DNA from: Burkholderiales bacterium
GTDB lineage: Bacteria; Pseudomonadota; Gammaproteobacteria; Burkholderiales; SG8-39
NCBI GenBank assembly: GCA_046263015.1
Contig: JBHELS010000251.1
Coordinates: forward strand, 1 to 34,292
Length of the DNA: 34,292 bases
Reading direction: 5' to 3'
The translations under genes were made by a program, and so were the position numbers. Below the pieces are notes generated by a model, which was not told where the DNA came from, searched no databases, and worked only from the letters and a program-made list of their open reading frames with translations. Positions 17,618 through 24,666 of the stretch are shown here, piece by piece (within the stretch, counting starts at the first letter, position 1; each line of letters begins with the position of its first letter).

Positions 17618-17637
17618 ATAGGGACTGTCCCTATTTA
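17615..17637. terminator. Perfect 23-nt palindrome TAAATAGGGAC-T-GTCCCTATTTA overlapping the stop codon; terminator hairpin or protein-binding site
   Basis: Read directly. 11-nt arms around a central T. It includes TAA 17615-17617. No T-tract follows. Confidence 0.4.
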
Positions 17638-17718
17638 TTCGGGTTGGGGTGATCCTTGGGAACGCCTCTTGCCATGGCGAAGTAACGCCGGCCGCTCGCA
17701 GCCGGCAAAGGAGACGCC

Positions 17719-18183
17719 ATGGCGATGGTGATCGTCGGATTGCTTAAGGATGCGCACCAGGCACGGGGGCTTATCCGCGCGCTGGACGATGCTGGGTTCA
17801 GCGGCGACGATATGGACATGCAAGGCGGCCTTCTCGCCGAGCTCACGCAGCGCGGCGTCCCAGACCAGGATGCCGCCGCCTTCGCCGAAGGCGTGCGCCG
17901 CGGCGGGGCGCTCGTCTGCGTGCGCGCCGAAGAAGGCGCCGAGGCTGCCGAGGCCGCCTCGCTCATGCACGAGCACGGTGCGCTCGACATCGAAGCCTGC
18001 CGGGCGGGCTGGCGCGGCGCCGCTGAAAAGGTGCAACCGGATCCGCCCGCTGAGCACTACGCGGCCGCCTTCGGCGAATATCCGAGTGGGCCGGGCCGGG
18101 TGTACGAGGACGCGCGATACAGCGGCCCCGAGCGGCGCGTGGCGGACGCGCCTTATCGCGGCGCGAACCGCCGCTCGATCTAG
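17719..18183 (+). CDS. Hypothetical protein with YflT-like general-stress N-terminal domain
   Basis: AAAGGAGA lies upstream of ATG 17719. VIVGLLKDAHQARGLIRALDDAGFSGDDMDM and AFAEGVRRGGALVCVRA resemble the general stress protein 17M-type pattern. Motif-level call only. Confidence 0.55.
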   Translation: MAMVIVGLLKDAHQARGLIRALDDAGFSGDDMDMQGGLLAELTQRGVPDQDAAAFAEGVRRGGALVCVRAEEGAEAAEAASLMHEHGALDIEACRAGWRGAAEKVQPDPPAEHYAAAFGEYPSGPGRVYEDARYSGPERRVADAPYRGANRRSI

Positions 18184-19952
18184 TCGCGAAGCGTCATGAC
18201 GGCGATCTTGCGCGCGCGGAAGTAAGGCAGTACGACGCGCACCGGCTCGCCGGCCGCCTCGTGCACCGAGATGTAACGCGGCTCGGCGCCGCGCGTCGGC
18301 AGATCGAACGCCGTCCAGTTGTTCGTCGCCGGGTCGTAGCGCAGCACCCGGTCCGCGCCCCAGAGATTGGTCCACGGCCGATGCCGGCTATCCACGTGCA
18401 CGTGATAGGGCTGCATGCGCTTTGGCAGCGGCACATAGCTTACCTCGCGCGTGCGCGTATCGATGCGCGCGAGGTTCGCGCCCCAGGAGTTCCCGACCCA
18501 CAGCACGTCCGCGTTCTTGTCCGTGCCCATGCGCCGCGGTCCCTGCGCATACGGCAGCGGATTATTGAAGTCGGGCTGGCTATAGCTCTTGTAAAACTCC
18601 ATGTCCTCGCGTCGCACGCGCGCAAATTCTTCTTTCAGCGGCGCAAGCTTGATTTCCGACGCCTTGCCGCTTTCGCCGTCGGCAACGCCGATGATGTCGT
18701 GGATCATCACCGCCCAATAGCCGTTGCCGGCCCGGTCGGCCGCCGCGCCATAAGTAATCCCGGTTCCCGTGGGAAGCTTGTAGCTCGCGGTCTTGTACTC
18801 GGTCCACTCGCCGCTCTGCGGGTCGAAGCGCAGCACGCCGTCGGGCGCCGAGGCCCAAATGCGGCCCTTGCCGTCGTAATCGACCGTAGTCGCGCCGCCG
18901 GTGGGCGACATGCCTTCGGGCGGGATGAACACCTCGATCGTCTCGGTGCGCGGATCGACGCGTCCCAATCCGCCGCGACCCGGGTTGATGTTGAACCAGA
19001 TCATGCCGTCGGGGGTGCGCGTCATGCCGTGGCTTTGCGCCGCAAGCCCGCTCTTGGCCGGGATCCTGAAGAGCTTCACCGCGCCCGTGCGCGTGTCCAC
19101 TCTTCCGATCGAGGTGCGCTTGTTCGGAATGTTGCAGGTGAACCAGACGTGGCCCGCGTTGTCGAGCCACGCGTCGTGTACGCCCCATCCCGGAATCAGC
19201 GTCGAAGGCGTGCCGAGCGCCCAGTCCGAGCCGTCGTTCTGCACGAAGTTGGGCGCTAGCCCGGCGTCGGCATCGAGCGGCAAATCGAACTCTCGGATCT
19301 CGACCCGCGCCGCCTCGCCGCTCGGACGCGGCTCGAGCGCCGGTTTGGCCGTGGCATTCGGTCCACGCGCCCGCGCGAGATACGCGCCGAGCGCTTTTTG
19401 ATGATGCTCGAGAATCCCCGTCGGCGTCGCGCGCTCCTTCGCCATGTAGCTGCCATAGACGTTGGCGTTCTTCATGAGCTCGATGATCGCGTTCCAGCCC
19501 GCCTCGTCGAATCGGTGCTGCAGCGGATAGCTCGCCGTGTGGCAGCTCGTGCAGCCGTTCCTCACCAGCTGCTTCATGCGCCGGTCGTCGTCGGTGGCCT
19601 CCGGCAACGAGTCGAGCGCCAGGTTTCCGGGAAGCTGGCGATAGGTCTGCTCGGAGTCCTTATTGCGCGCGAGCTTTAGACCGACGTCGCGATCGACGGA
19701 GAGATCCACGGCGCTGCGCGCCGTCTGGTACCCGATCGCCTGGGCCGAGACGCGATAGCTACCCTCCGACAGCGGGGAAAATTCGAACCTGCCCGCCTTG
19801 TCGGTGAAGACGCTGGTCGTGATCGTGCCGGCCTTGGCGGACACCGTGACCCCGGCCATTTTTTCGCCGCTTGCCGAAAGCACGGTGCCGGTAAGCCGGT
19901 TGTCGGCGTGCGCGAGCGGCATGACAAAGACCAGGCAAAGCAAAAGGCGCAT
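18180..19952 (-). CDS. Exported carboxypeptidase-regulatory-like domain + c-type heme motif + beta-propeller (Vgb-lyase-like repeats) protein
   Basis: Internal ATG 19952 of the 830-aa ORF, preceded by GAGGAGGG. Signal peptide MRLLLCLVFVMPLAHA. LTGTVLSASGEKMAGVTVSA...GRFEFSPLSEGSYRVSA. Heme site NGCTSCH. Repeated blades GHVWFT, GMIWFN, GRIWAS, GNGYWAV, DVLWVG. Confidence 0.8.
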   Translation of the reverse strand: MRLLLCLVFVMPLAHADNRLTGTVLSASGEKMAGVTVSAKAGTITTSVFTDKAGRFEFSPLSEGSYRVSAQAIGYQTARSAVDLSVDRDVGLKLARNKDSEQTYRQLPGNLALDSLPEATDDDRRMKQLVRNGCTSCHTASYPLQHRFDEAGWNAIIELMKNANVYGSYMAKERATPTGILEHHQKALGAYLARARGPNATAKPALEPRPSGEAARVEIREFDLPLDADAGLAPNFVQNDGSDWALGTPSTLIPGWGVHDAWLDNAGHVWFTCNIPNKRTSIGRVDTRTGAVKLFRIPAKSGLAAQSHGMTRTPDGMIWFNINPGRGGLGRVDPRTETIEVFIPPEGMSPTGGATTVDYDGKGRIWASAPDGVLRFDPQSGEWTEYKTASYKLPTGTGITYGAAADRAGNGYWAVMIHDIIGVADGESGKASEIKLAPLKEEFARVRREDMEFYKSYSQPDFNNPLPYAQGPRRMGTDKNADVLWVGNSWGANLARIDTRTREVSYVPLPKRMQPYHVHVDSRHRPWTNLWGADRVLRYDPATNNWTAFDLPTRGAEPRYISVHEAAGEPVRVVLPYFRARKIAVMTLRD

Positions 19953-19965
19953 GAGCCCTCCTCGG

Positions 19966-20280
19966 CTAATCGGGACTGGGAACCGTCTTGATATAGGCGA
20001 CGATCGCGTCGATCTCGGCCGGCTCGAAGTGATATCTGAAGCCGGGCATCTTGGCGCTACCGTTGGCGATGAAGACTCGCATCGCATCCTCGTTGCCGCC
20101 GAGCGAAGCGCGCGAGAGCGTCGGACCGTATTGCACGCTCGTCGGCTGCGGTTTCGTGTGGCAGACACGACAGGACTGGTTGAATAGCCGCATGCCGAGA
20201 AGCGCTCGATCGTCGAGCTTTCCTTGCGCAGCCGCCGGACCGGCGACAAACAGGATCGCGACGAGCATGGCGCGCAGCAT
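19966..20280 (-). CDS. Mono-heme class I cytochrome c
   Basis: ATG 20280 preceded by GGAGGAGGAGG. Signal peptide MLRAMLVAILFVAGPAAAQ. CRVCH heme site. Distal Met in AKMPGF. Its stop lies 13 nt before the next gene's start. Confidence 0.85.
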   Translation of the reverse strand: MLRAMLVAILFVAGPAAAQGKLDDRALLGMRLFNQSCRVCHTKPQPTSVQYGPTLSRASLGGNEDAMRVFIANGSAKMPGFRYHFEPAEIDAIVAYIKTVPSPD

Positions 20281-20321
20281 GAGCCTCCTCCTCCGTGGCG
20301 GCACGATCCTATACTGAAACC

Positions 20322-20810
20322 ATGAACTCGCTCTCGATCCTCGCCGAGCCGGCGGCTGCCCGACTCGTCTCCCGGCGCGAAACGATCGCGGTCGCGGAGT
20401 CCGCGGCCGGCGGCCTGATCAGCGCCGCCCTCCTCGCCGTGCCGGGCGCCTCGGCCTACTTCGTCGGCGGCGGCGTTATCTACACCGCCAGCGCGCGGGA
20501 ACGGCTGCTCGTGGTGGCTAAGGAAGAGATGCGCGGCCTGCGGCCGGCGACCGAGGCTTACGCGAAGCTGACCGCGCATCGCGTGCGCGAGCGGCTCGGC
20601 ACGATTTTGGGACTCGCGGAAACCGGCGCCGCCGGGCCGACCGGAAACCGCTACGGCGATGCGGCCGGCCATGCGTGCATTGCGCTTGCCGGGCCGCTCG
20701 AGCTTGTCATCACTGTCGAGACGGGAAGCGCAGAGCGCGAAGACAACATGTGGACCTTCGCGCGCCGCGCGCTCGCGCTACTTAGCGAAGCGCTGCAAAA
20801 AACTCAATGA
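20322..20810 (+). CDS. CinA C-terminal-domain / nicotinamide-nucleotide amidohydrolase (PncC-like) protein
   Basis: ORF 20295..20810. ATG 20322 is preferred. TIAVAESAAGGLISAALLAVPGAS and ETGAAGPTG are CinA_C hallmarks. Confidence 0.8.
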   Translation: MNSLSILAEPAAARLVSRRETIAVAESAAGGLISAALLAVPGASAYFVGGGVIYTASARERLLVVAKEEMRGLRPATEAYAKLTAHRVRERLGTILGLAETGAAGPTGNRYGDAAGHACIALAGPLELVITVETGSAEREDNMWTFARRALALLSEALQKTQ

Positions 20811-21840
20811 TCTCTTGTGCGAGCGCCTGCGGCTCCTCGAGGGCCGCGAAGTGGCCGCCGCGCCGCATCACCGTCCAACGCCGGATGTCGGTGTATGCCT
20901 TGGCGGCAAGCGAGCGCGGCGGGCGCAGGATTTCCTTCGGAAACTCGGCGTAGCCGACCGGCACGCGCACCGTGTCGAACGGCCAGGGCCGATGCAGGCG
21001 CGCGTAATAAGGCCAGAACGAAGAGCCGATCGCGCCCGTGAACCAGTAGAGCGAAATATTGGCGAGCAGGTCGTCGCGCGAGATGCCGCCATCGCTCCAG
21101 GTGCGAAACTTCTCTGCGATCCAGGCGGCCAGCCCCGCCGGTGAATCGGTGAGCGCGTAGGCGAGCGTCTGCGGCTTGGTCCCCTGGATCCACTGGTAGC
21201 CGGTTTCCTCCTTCAGCCAGTGTGCGAGACGCTCGAGATAGGCGCCCTCCTCCGGTGTTTCGGCGGCGATTTTCGGATCACGGCGCACCGCGAGCAGGTT
21301 GAGATGGAGACCGATCACGCGCTCGGGATGGTGTGCCGCAAGCCGTGAGCCGATGAACGCGCCCCAGTCGCCCCCCTGCACGGCGAAGCGCTCATAGCCG
21401 AGCGCGCGCATGAGATCGGCGAAGCAGTCGGCGATTTCCTCGGTGCCAAAGCGCGGCTGCCCCGGCGCGAAAGAAAGCGTGTAGCCCGGAAGCGACGGCG
21501 CGACGACGGTGAAATGCTCGCGAAGGAGCGGAATGATCCCGCGGAATTCGACGATCGAGCCCGGCCAGCCATGCACAAGGAGAAGCGGCATGGGCTTCGG
21601 TCCGCGGCCTGGGTCGTGGATGAAATGCAGATCGATGCCGTGCAGGCGCGTGGTGAACTGCGGGAAGGCGTTGATGCGCGCTTCCTGCGCGCGCCAGTCG
21701 AAACTATCCCGCCAGTCATGCACGAGTGTGCGCAAATGCTCGAGGCTCGTGCCGGTCGACCAGGCGGGAAGCGGCGGCTCGTCGGCAAAGCGCGTGCGCG
21801 CAAGGCGCTCGCGCAGGTCGGCGAGCGCCGCATCGGGCAC
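20782..21840 (-). CDS. Epoxide hydrolase (microsomal-type, EH N-terminal domain + alpha/beta hydrolase)
   Basis: VPDAALADLRERLARTRFADE, LLLVHGWPGS and nucleophile elbow QGGDWGA. The only canonical start is GTG 21840, yet homologous-looking codons (IRPFELH) continue upstream with no start codon. Confidence 0.8.
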   Translation of the reverse strand: MPDAALADLRERLARTRFADEPPLPAWSTGTSLEHLRTLVHDWRDSFDWRAQEARINAFPQFTTRLHGIDLHFIHDPGRGPKPMPLLLVHGWPGSIVEFRGIIPLLREHFTVVAPSLPGYTLSFAPGQPRFGTEEIADCFADLMRALGYERFAVQGGDWGAFIGSRLAAHHPERVIGLHLNLLAVRRDPKIAAETPEEGAYLERLAHWLKEETGYQWIQGTKPQTLAYALTDSPAGLAAWIAEKFRTWSDGGISRDDLLANISLYWFTGAIGSSFWPYYARLHRPWPFDTVRVPVGYAEFPKEILRPPRSLAAKAYTDIRRWTVMRRGGHFAALEEPQALAQEIIEFFAALR

Positions 21841-21927
21841 GTGAAGCTCGAAGGGACGGATGCGCGATTGTGCCGCTAAAGAAGCGCCCGCGGCTGCGGC
21901 GGAAAGAAATGCAACGCGCGCGAATTC

Positions 21928-22122
21928 TTACGGCAGTTGCGGCTCGGTTTCCAGATCGCGAAGTCGCTCGAGGCGGGCCTTCAGCTCCTTGGCGTCGAGG
22001 AACACATGCAGCGCGCGGGTGCGCGCCACGCAGGGCGGGAGCTCGTTAAACACAAGCCAGGCGTTCTCCTCGACCTGCTTCAGCTTTCGAAGAAGCTCAG
22101 CATCGTCCGCGAGCGACGCCAT
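21928..22122 (-). CDS. 64-aa hypothetical protein, in the same frame as the epoxide hydrolase downstream
   Basis: ATG 22122. GC-rich third positions. No recognisable SD and no motif recognised. Confidence 0.35.
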   Translation of the reverse strand: MASLADDAELLRKLKQVEENAWLVFNELPPCVARTRALHVFLDAKELKARLERLRDLETEPQLP

Positions 22123-22144
22123 GCGCGCACGTTAGCAAAGCGCG

Positions 22145-22170
22145 CCGGCGGCCGCAGTCGCGGCCGCCGG
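22145..22170 (-). terminator. GC-rich hairpin CCGGCGGCCGC-agtc-GCGGCCGCCGG downstream of the DUF883 gene
   Basis: 11-bp perfect stem. On the minus strand it is followed by CGCGCTTTGC, a weak T-run. Confidence 0.35.
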
Positions 22171-22265
22171 AAAGCCGCGTCACTGATTCGCGACAGCGCT
22201 CGAGCCGACGCTCTTCGCGCCGTGCATTGGGAATCGGCGCCTGAGGCCGATTCCGTAAGCGCTTT

Positions 22266-22523
22266 TCAGCCGCGCCGGGACGCCATCATGAGGAGCGCGC
22301 CCATCACGACGCCGACGCCGAAGCCGATGCCGACGGCGGCCCACGGGTTTTGCTGAACCGTCTCGTCGGCGAAGCGGCCGTATTCGCGCGCGCGCTCGGT
22401 GATGCCGTCCAGGACGTCGTTCAACTGTCGCTTGGCGGACTCTAGCGTCTCCTCGGCCTGCTCCTGGTACTCGCGCATATCATTGGTGGTGCTGCCAAAC
22501 TGGGGTTGCTGATTCGGCGTCAT
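22266..22523 (-). CDS. DUF883 (ElaB/YqjD-like) tail-anchored membrane protein
   Basis: Internal ATG 22523 preceded by AGGAGG. Helical N-terminal part. C-terminal NPWAAVGIGFGVGVVMGALL anchor. Confidence 0.8.
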   Translation of the reverse strand: MTPNQQPQFGSTTNDMREYQEQAEETLESAKRQLNDVLDGITERAREYGRFADETVQQNPWAAVGIGFGVGVVMGALLMMASRRG

Positions 22524-22563
22524 GGGGCCTCCTGTCGAGAACGCAGTGCCTCGAGCAAAGAGC

Positions 22564-22911
22564 ATGCCTTCGCGCGCGATCGCCGCGGTGCGCTACGCGC
22601 TGCGCGGCATTCGCTTCATGCTCGGCGAGCGCAACTGCCAGGTGCTGGCGGCCGCAAGCGCCGCGGCGGTCGCGGCGGGCGGGTACTTCGGGCTCTCGAC
22701 GCTCGAATGGTGCGCGGTGGTGCTCGCGATCTCGGCGGTCTGGGTGGCGGAGGGACTGAACACGGCGCTCGAGCGCCTCGCCGATCTCGTTTCTCCGGGC
22801 TATCACCCGCTTGCGGGCAAAGCGAAGGACCTCGCGGCCGGCGCGGTGCTGATCGCGGCGCTCGGCGCCGTTTCGATCGGCATCCTCATTTTCGGGCCGC
22901 GCCTCGTCTAA
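22564..22911 (+). CDS. dgkA: Diacylglycerol kinase (prokaryotic DgkA family)
   Basis: ATG 22564 within ORF 22522..22911. VAEGLNTALERLADLVSPGYHPLAGKAKDLAAGAVLIAA parallels the E. coli DgkA core (EILNSAIEAVVDRIGSEYHELSGRAKDMGSAAVL). About 115 aa with 3 TM segments. Confidence 0.85.
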   Translation: MPSRAIAAVRYALRGIRFMLGERNCQVLAAASAAAVAAGGYFGLSTLEWCAVVLAISAVWVAEGLNTALERLADLVSPGYHPLAGKAKDLAAGAVLIAALGAVSIGILIFGPRLV

Positions 22912-22943
22912 CATCGCCGTTTGACTCAAGCGGAGGAAGCACC

Positions 22944-23564
22944 ATGATCGATATCTACGCCGCCGGCACGTCGAATGGCATGCGCGCGCGCATCGCCCTC
23001 GAAGAGTGCGGCCTCAAATACAACTGGCATCCGATCGACCTCGCGAAGGGCGAGCACAAGACGCCGCAGTTCCTCGCGCTGAACCCCATGGGGCAGATCC
23101 CGGTGATCGTCGATAACGAAGGCCCACGCGGAACGAAAGTCACACTCGCGCAGTCGAGCGCCATCATGGTGTACTGCGCCGAGAAAGCGGGCAGATTCAT
23201 TCCCAACGACGCGGGCAAGCGCGCCGCGATGTGGGAGGCGTACATGAGCGCCTCGACCGATATCACGCCGGGATTCGGCTCGGTGAACGCCTGCCTGCGC
23301 GCCAAGGATCCCGCGCCCTATGCCGCGGCGGGCGAGATGTTCAAGCAGCGGCTAAAGGGCTACTTCAAGGTCTGGGACGACTTCCTCGGCAAACGAAAAT
23401 ATGCCGCGGGCGAAGAGCTCACCATCGCCGACCTCTCGCTCTACGCGGGCTACTGGCGCACCAAAGGGGCGCTGCCCGACCTCGTCGAAAGCATGCCGAA
23501 CTTGGCCCGTTGGGGCGGCGAAATCGCCGCGCGGCCCGGCATCCAGCGCGCGACCAAAATCTAA
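22944..23564 (+). CDS. Glutathione S-transferase
   Basis: ATG 22944 after GGAGGAAG. N-terminal thioredoxin-like part (NPMGQIPVIVD, LAQSSAIMVY) and C-terminal helical domain. The long upstream extension of ORF 22506..23564 is rejected. Confidence 0.85.
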   Translation: MIDIYAAGTSNGMRARIALEECGLKYNWHPIDLAKGEHKTPQFLALNPMGQIPVIVDNEGPRGTKVTLAQSSAIMVYCAEKAGRFIPNDAGKRAAMWEAYMSASTDITPGFGSVNACLRAKDPAPYAAAGEMFKQRLKGYFKVWDDFLGKRKYAAGEELTIADLSLYAGYWRTKGALPDLVESMPNLARWGGEIAARPGIQRATKI

Positions 23565-23583
23565 TCCGTACCAAGTACGTAAT
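23565..23583 (-). repeat. REP-like element, copy 2 (perfect), directly after the GST stop codon
   Basis: TCCGTACCAAGTACGTAAT on the + strand. 23561-23585 is the exact reverse complement of 24646-24670. An extra partial duplication AAGTACGTAC follows at 23584-23593. Confidence 0.8.
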
Positions 23584-23845
23584 AAGTACGTACTCGAACA
23601 GCGACCGGCAAAGACGCCGTCAATGGGGCGGGGCCTTCGGCACGCTCGTCCTCCTCATCGCCATCGGCGTCGCCGGCTACTACGCGTACAAATACTTCGT
23701 CGAAGCCGAGGAGCAACCGAGTTGCAAAGCCCAGCTCAACCGCTGCATCGCGAACTGCCGCAAGACGACTTCCGAAGCGCCGCAGGCGCAAGCCTGCCAG
23801 GAAGCCTGCGAGCGCGATGCCGATGCGTGCGAACGCAAGCGCTGA
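23582..23845 (+). pseudogene. Start-less coding remnant: TM helix + Cys-rich tail
   Basis: The frame of ORF 23231..23845 reads ...RRRQWGGAFGTLVLLIAIGVAGYYAYKYFVEAEEQPSCKAQLNRCIANCRKTTSEAPQAQACQEACERDADACERKR, with GC-rich third positions. There is no ATG, GTG or TTG between REP copy 2 and the TM helix. Confidence 0.45.
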
Positions 23846-23851
23846 CCGGAT

Positions 23852-23870
23852 TCCGTACCAAGTACGTAAT
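23852..23870 (-). repeat. REP-like element, copy 3 (perfect), left flank of the RAYT gene
   Basis: TCCGTACCAAGTACGTAAT. It overlaps the RAYT stop codon (23870-23872) by 1 nt. Confidence 0.8.
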
Positions 23871-24601
23871 TATTCTGTAAGCAAAACGAGCTGCCCGGGC
23901 TCACGCTCGGCGGCGGCGTTACGTTGCGCGGGTCGTCCGGCCTTGGCGCGCCCAAGCCGCGCTCCGTCTTTCTCGAGCTCGGCCTTCAAGCGCTCGCCCG
24001 CAAGCGCATAGCCGCAATCGGTCGCTTCGCGGAGTTGCGAAACGAACTCGGTTTCATCATCGCCGGCCACCAGCTCGCCGTAGGCACGTAGCCGCGTGCG
24101 TCGCTCAAGGCCGAGCGCCAGATACTCCGGATGCGGCGTGAGTAGCTCATCGATGCGAATGCCCGCGTTGCCGGAATAACTGGACCACGGGTACGCGTCA
24201 GGGGACTCCACCATGCGCGCACGCACCGGATTGCGCTCGATGTAGCGGTAACAGGCGATGACGTAATCCGCCGACTCCACCAGACACGACCTGAACGGAT
24301 GCTGCCAGAGCGCGCCGCTCATGCCGTAGCGGCGATTGAAGTAGGTGGCGTAGGCGCGCCCGAGATCGCGCATCAGCAGTGCACAGCCCTCGCTCTCGGA
24401 CGCGGTTAAGAGCAGATGCACATGGTTCGTCATGAGGCAATAGGCATGCACGGCGCACCGGCGGTGGCGCGAGCACTCGCGCAGCATCGACAAGTAAACG
24501 AGCCGGTCGTTGTCGTGCCGGAAGGTGTTCTGCCGGTTGTTGCCGCGCTGGCGCACATGCAGCGCCACCTCGGGCACGATCAGCCTCGAATGCCTCCCCA
24601 T
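23870..24601 (-). CDS. REP-associated tyrosine transposase (RAYT; IS200/IS605 TnpA-like Y1 HUH enzyme)
   Basis: ORF 23870..24628, starting at ATG 24601 or 24628. N-terminus HVRQRGNNRQNTF. HUH motif in CLMTNHVHLLL. Catalytic Tyr motif ACYRYIERNPVRARM. Confidence 0.88.
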   Translation of the reverse strand: MGRHSRLIVPEVALHVRQRGNNRQNTFRHDNDRLVYLSMLRECSRHRRCAVHAYCLMTNHVHLLLTASESEGCALLMRDLGRAYATYFNRRYGMSGALWQHPFRSCLVESADYVIACYRYIERNPVRARMVESPDAYPWSSYSGNAGIRIDELLTPHPEYLALGLERRTRLRAYGELVAGDDETEFVSQLREATDCGYALAGERLKAELEKDGARLGRAKAGRPAQRNAAAEREPGQLVLLTE

Positions 24602-24647
24602 GCCGGCATAACGGCGCAGCCGGCACATCGGTTGACGACAAAAAGTT

Positions 24648-24666
24648 ATTACGTACTTGGTACGGA
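24648..24666 (+). repeat. REP-like element, copy 4 (perfect), right flank of the RAYT gene
   Basis: ATTACGTACTTGGTACGGA. It directly abuts the TAA stop (24667-24669, minus strand) of the ParB-like gene. Confidence 0.8.

Larger units (their letters stand above)
23852..24666 (-). mobile_element. RAYT locus: REP-associated tyrosine transposase gene with inverted flanking REP copies
   Basis: Copies 3 (-) and 4 (+) of the 19-mer lie in inverted orientation immediately outside the transposase ORF, the classical RAYT arrangement. Confidence 0.75.

Noticed and set aside
17635-18375. 246-aa minus-strand ORF opposite the YflT-like gene
   Set aside because: Arg/Ala-rich, with no RBS. It overlaps two better-supported genes.
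20310-20324. TATACT 6 nt upstream of ATG 20322, suggesting a leaderless CinA-like mRNA
   Set aside because: A single hexamer match with no -35 element, and the alternative GTG 20295 start cannot be excluded. Not supportable from sequence alone.
19953-20672. N-terminal 240 codons of the 830-aa ORF 18180..20672
   Set aside because: The extension is Arg/Ser/Gly-rich. It runs across the separate cytochrome c gene and the antisense CinA-like gene. An internal ATG (19952) has a strong GAGGAGGG site and a perfect signal peptide.
22230-22254. Hairpin GGAATCGGC-gcctgag-GCCGATTCC 12 nt downstream of the DUF883 stop, as a terminator
   Set aside because: A 9-bp stem but no following T-run on the minus strand. 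A second GC hairpin (22145-22170) is the better, though still weak, candidate. Left uncalled.
22506-22943. N-terminal 146 codons of the 352-aa ORF 22506..23564
   Set aside because: Arg/Gly-rich, and it overlaps dgkA in another frame. The GST domain starts at ATG 22944, which has a GGAGGAAG site.
23401-23880. 159-aa ORF spanning two REP copies
   Set aside because: It is an Arg-rich wrong-frame reading of the GST 3' end and of the Cys-rich remnant. It passes straight through both repeats.
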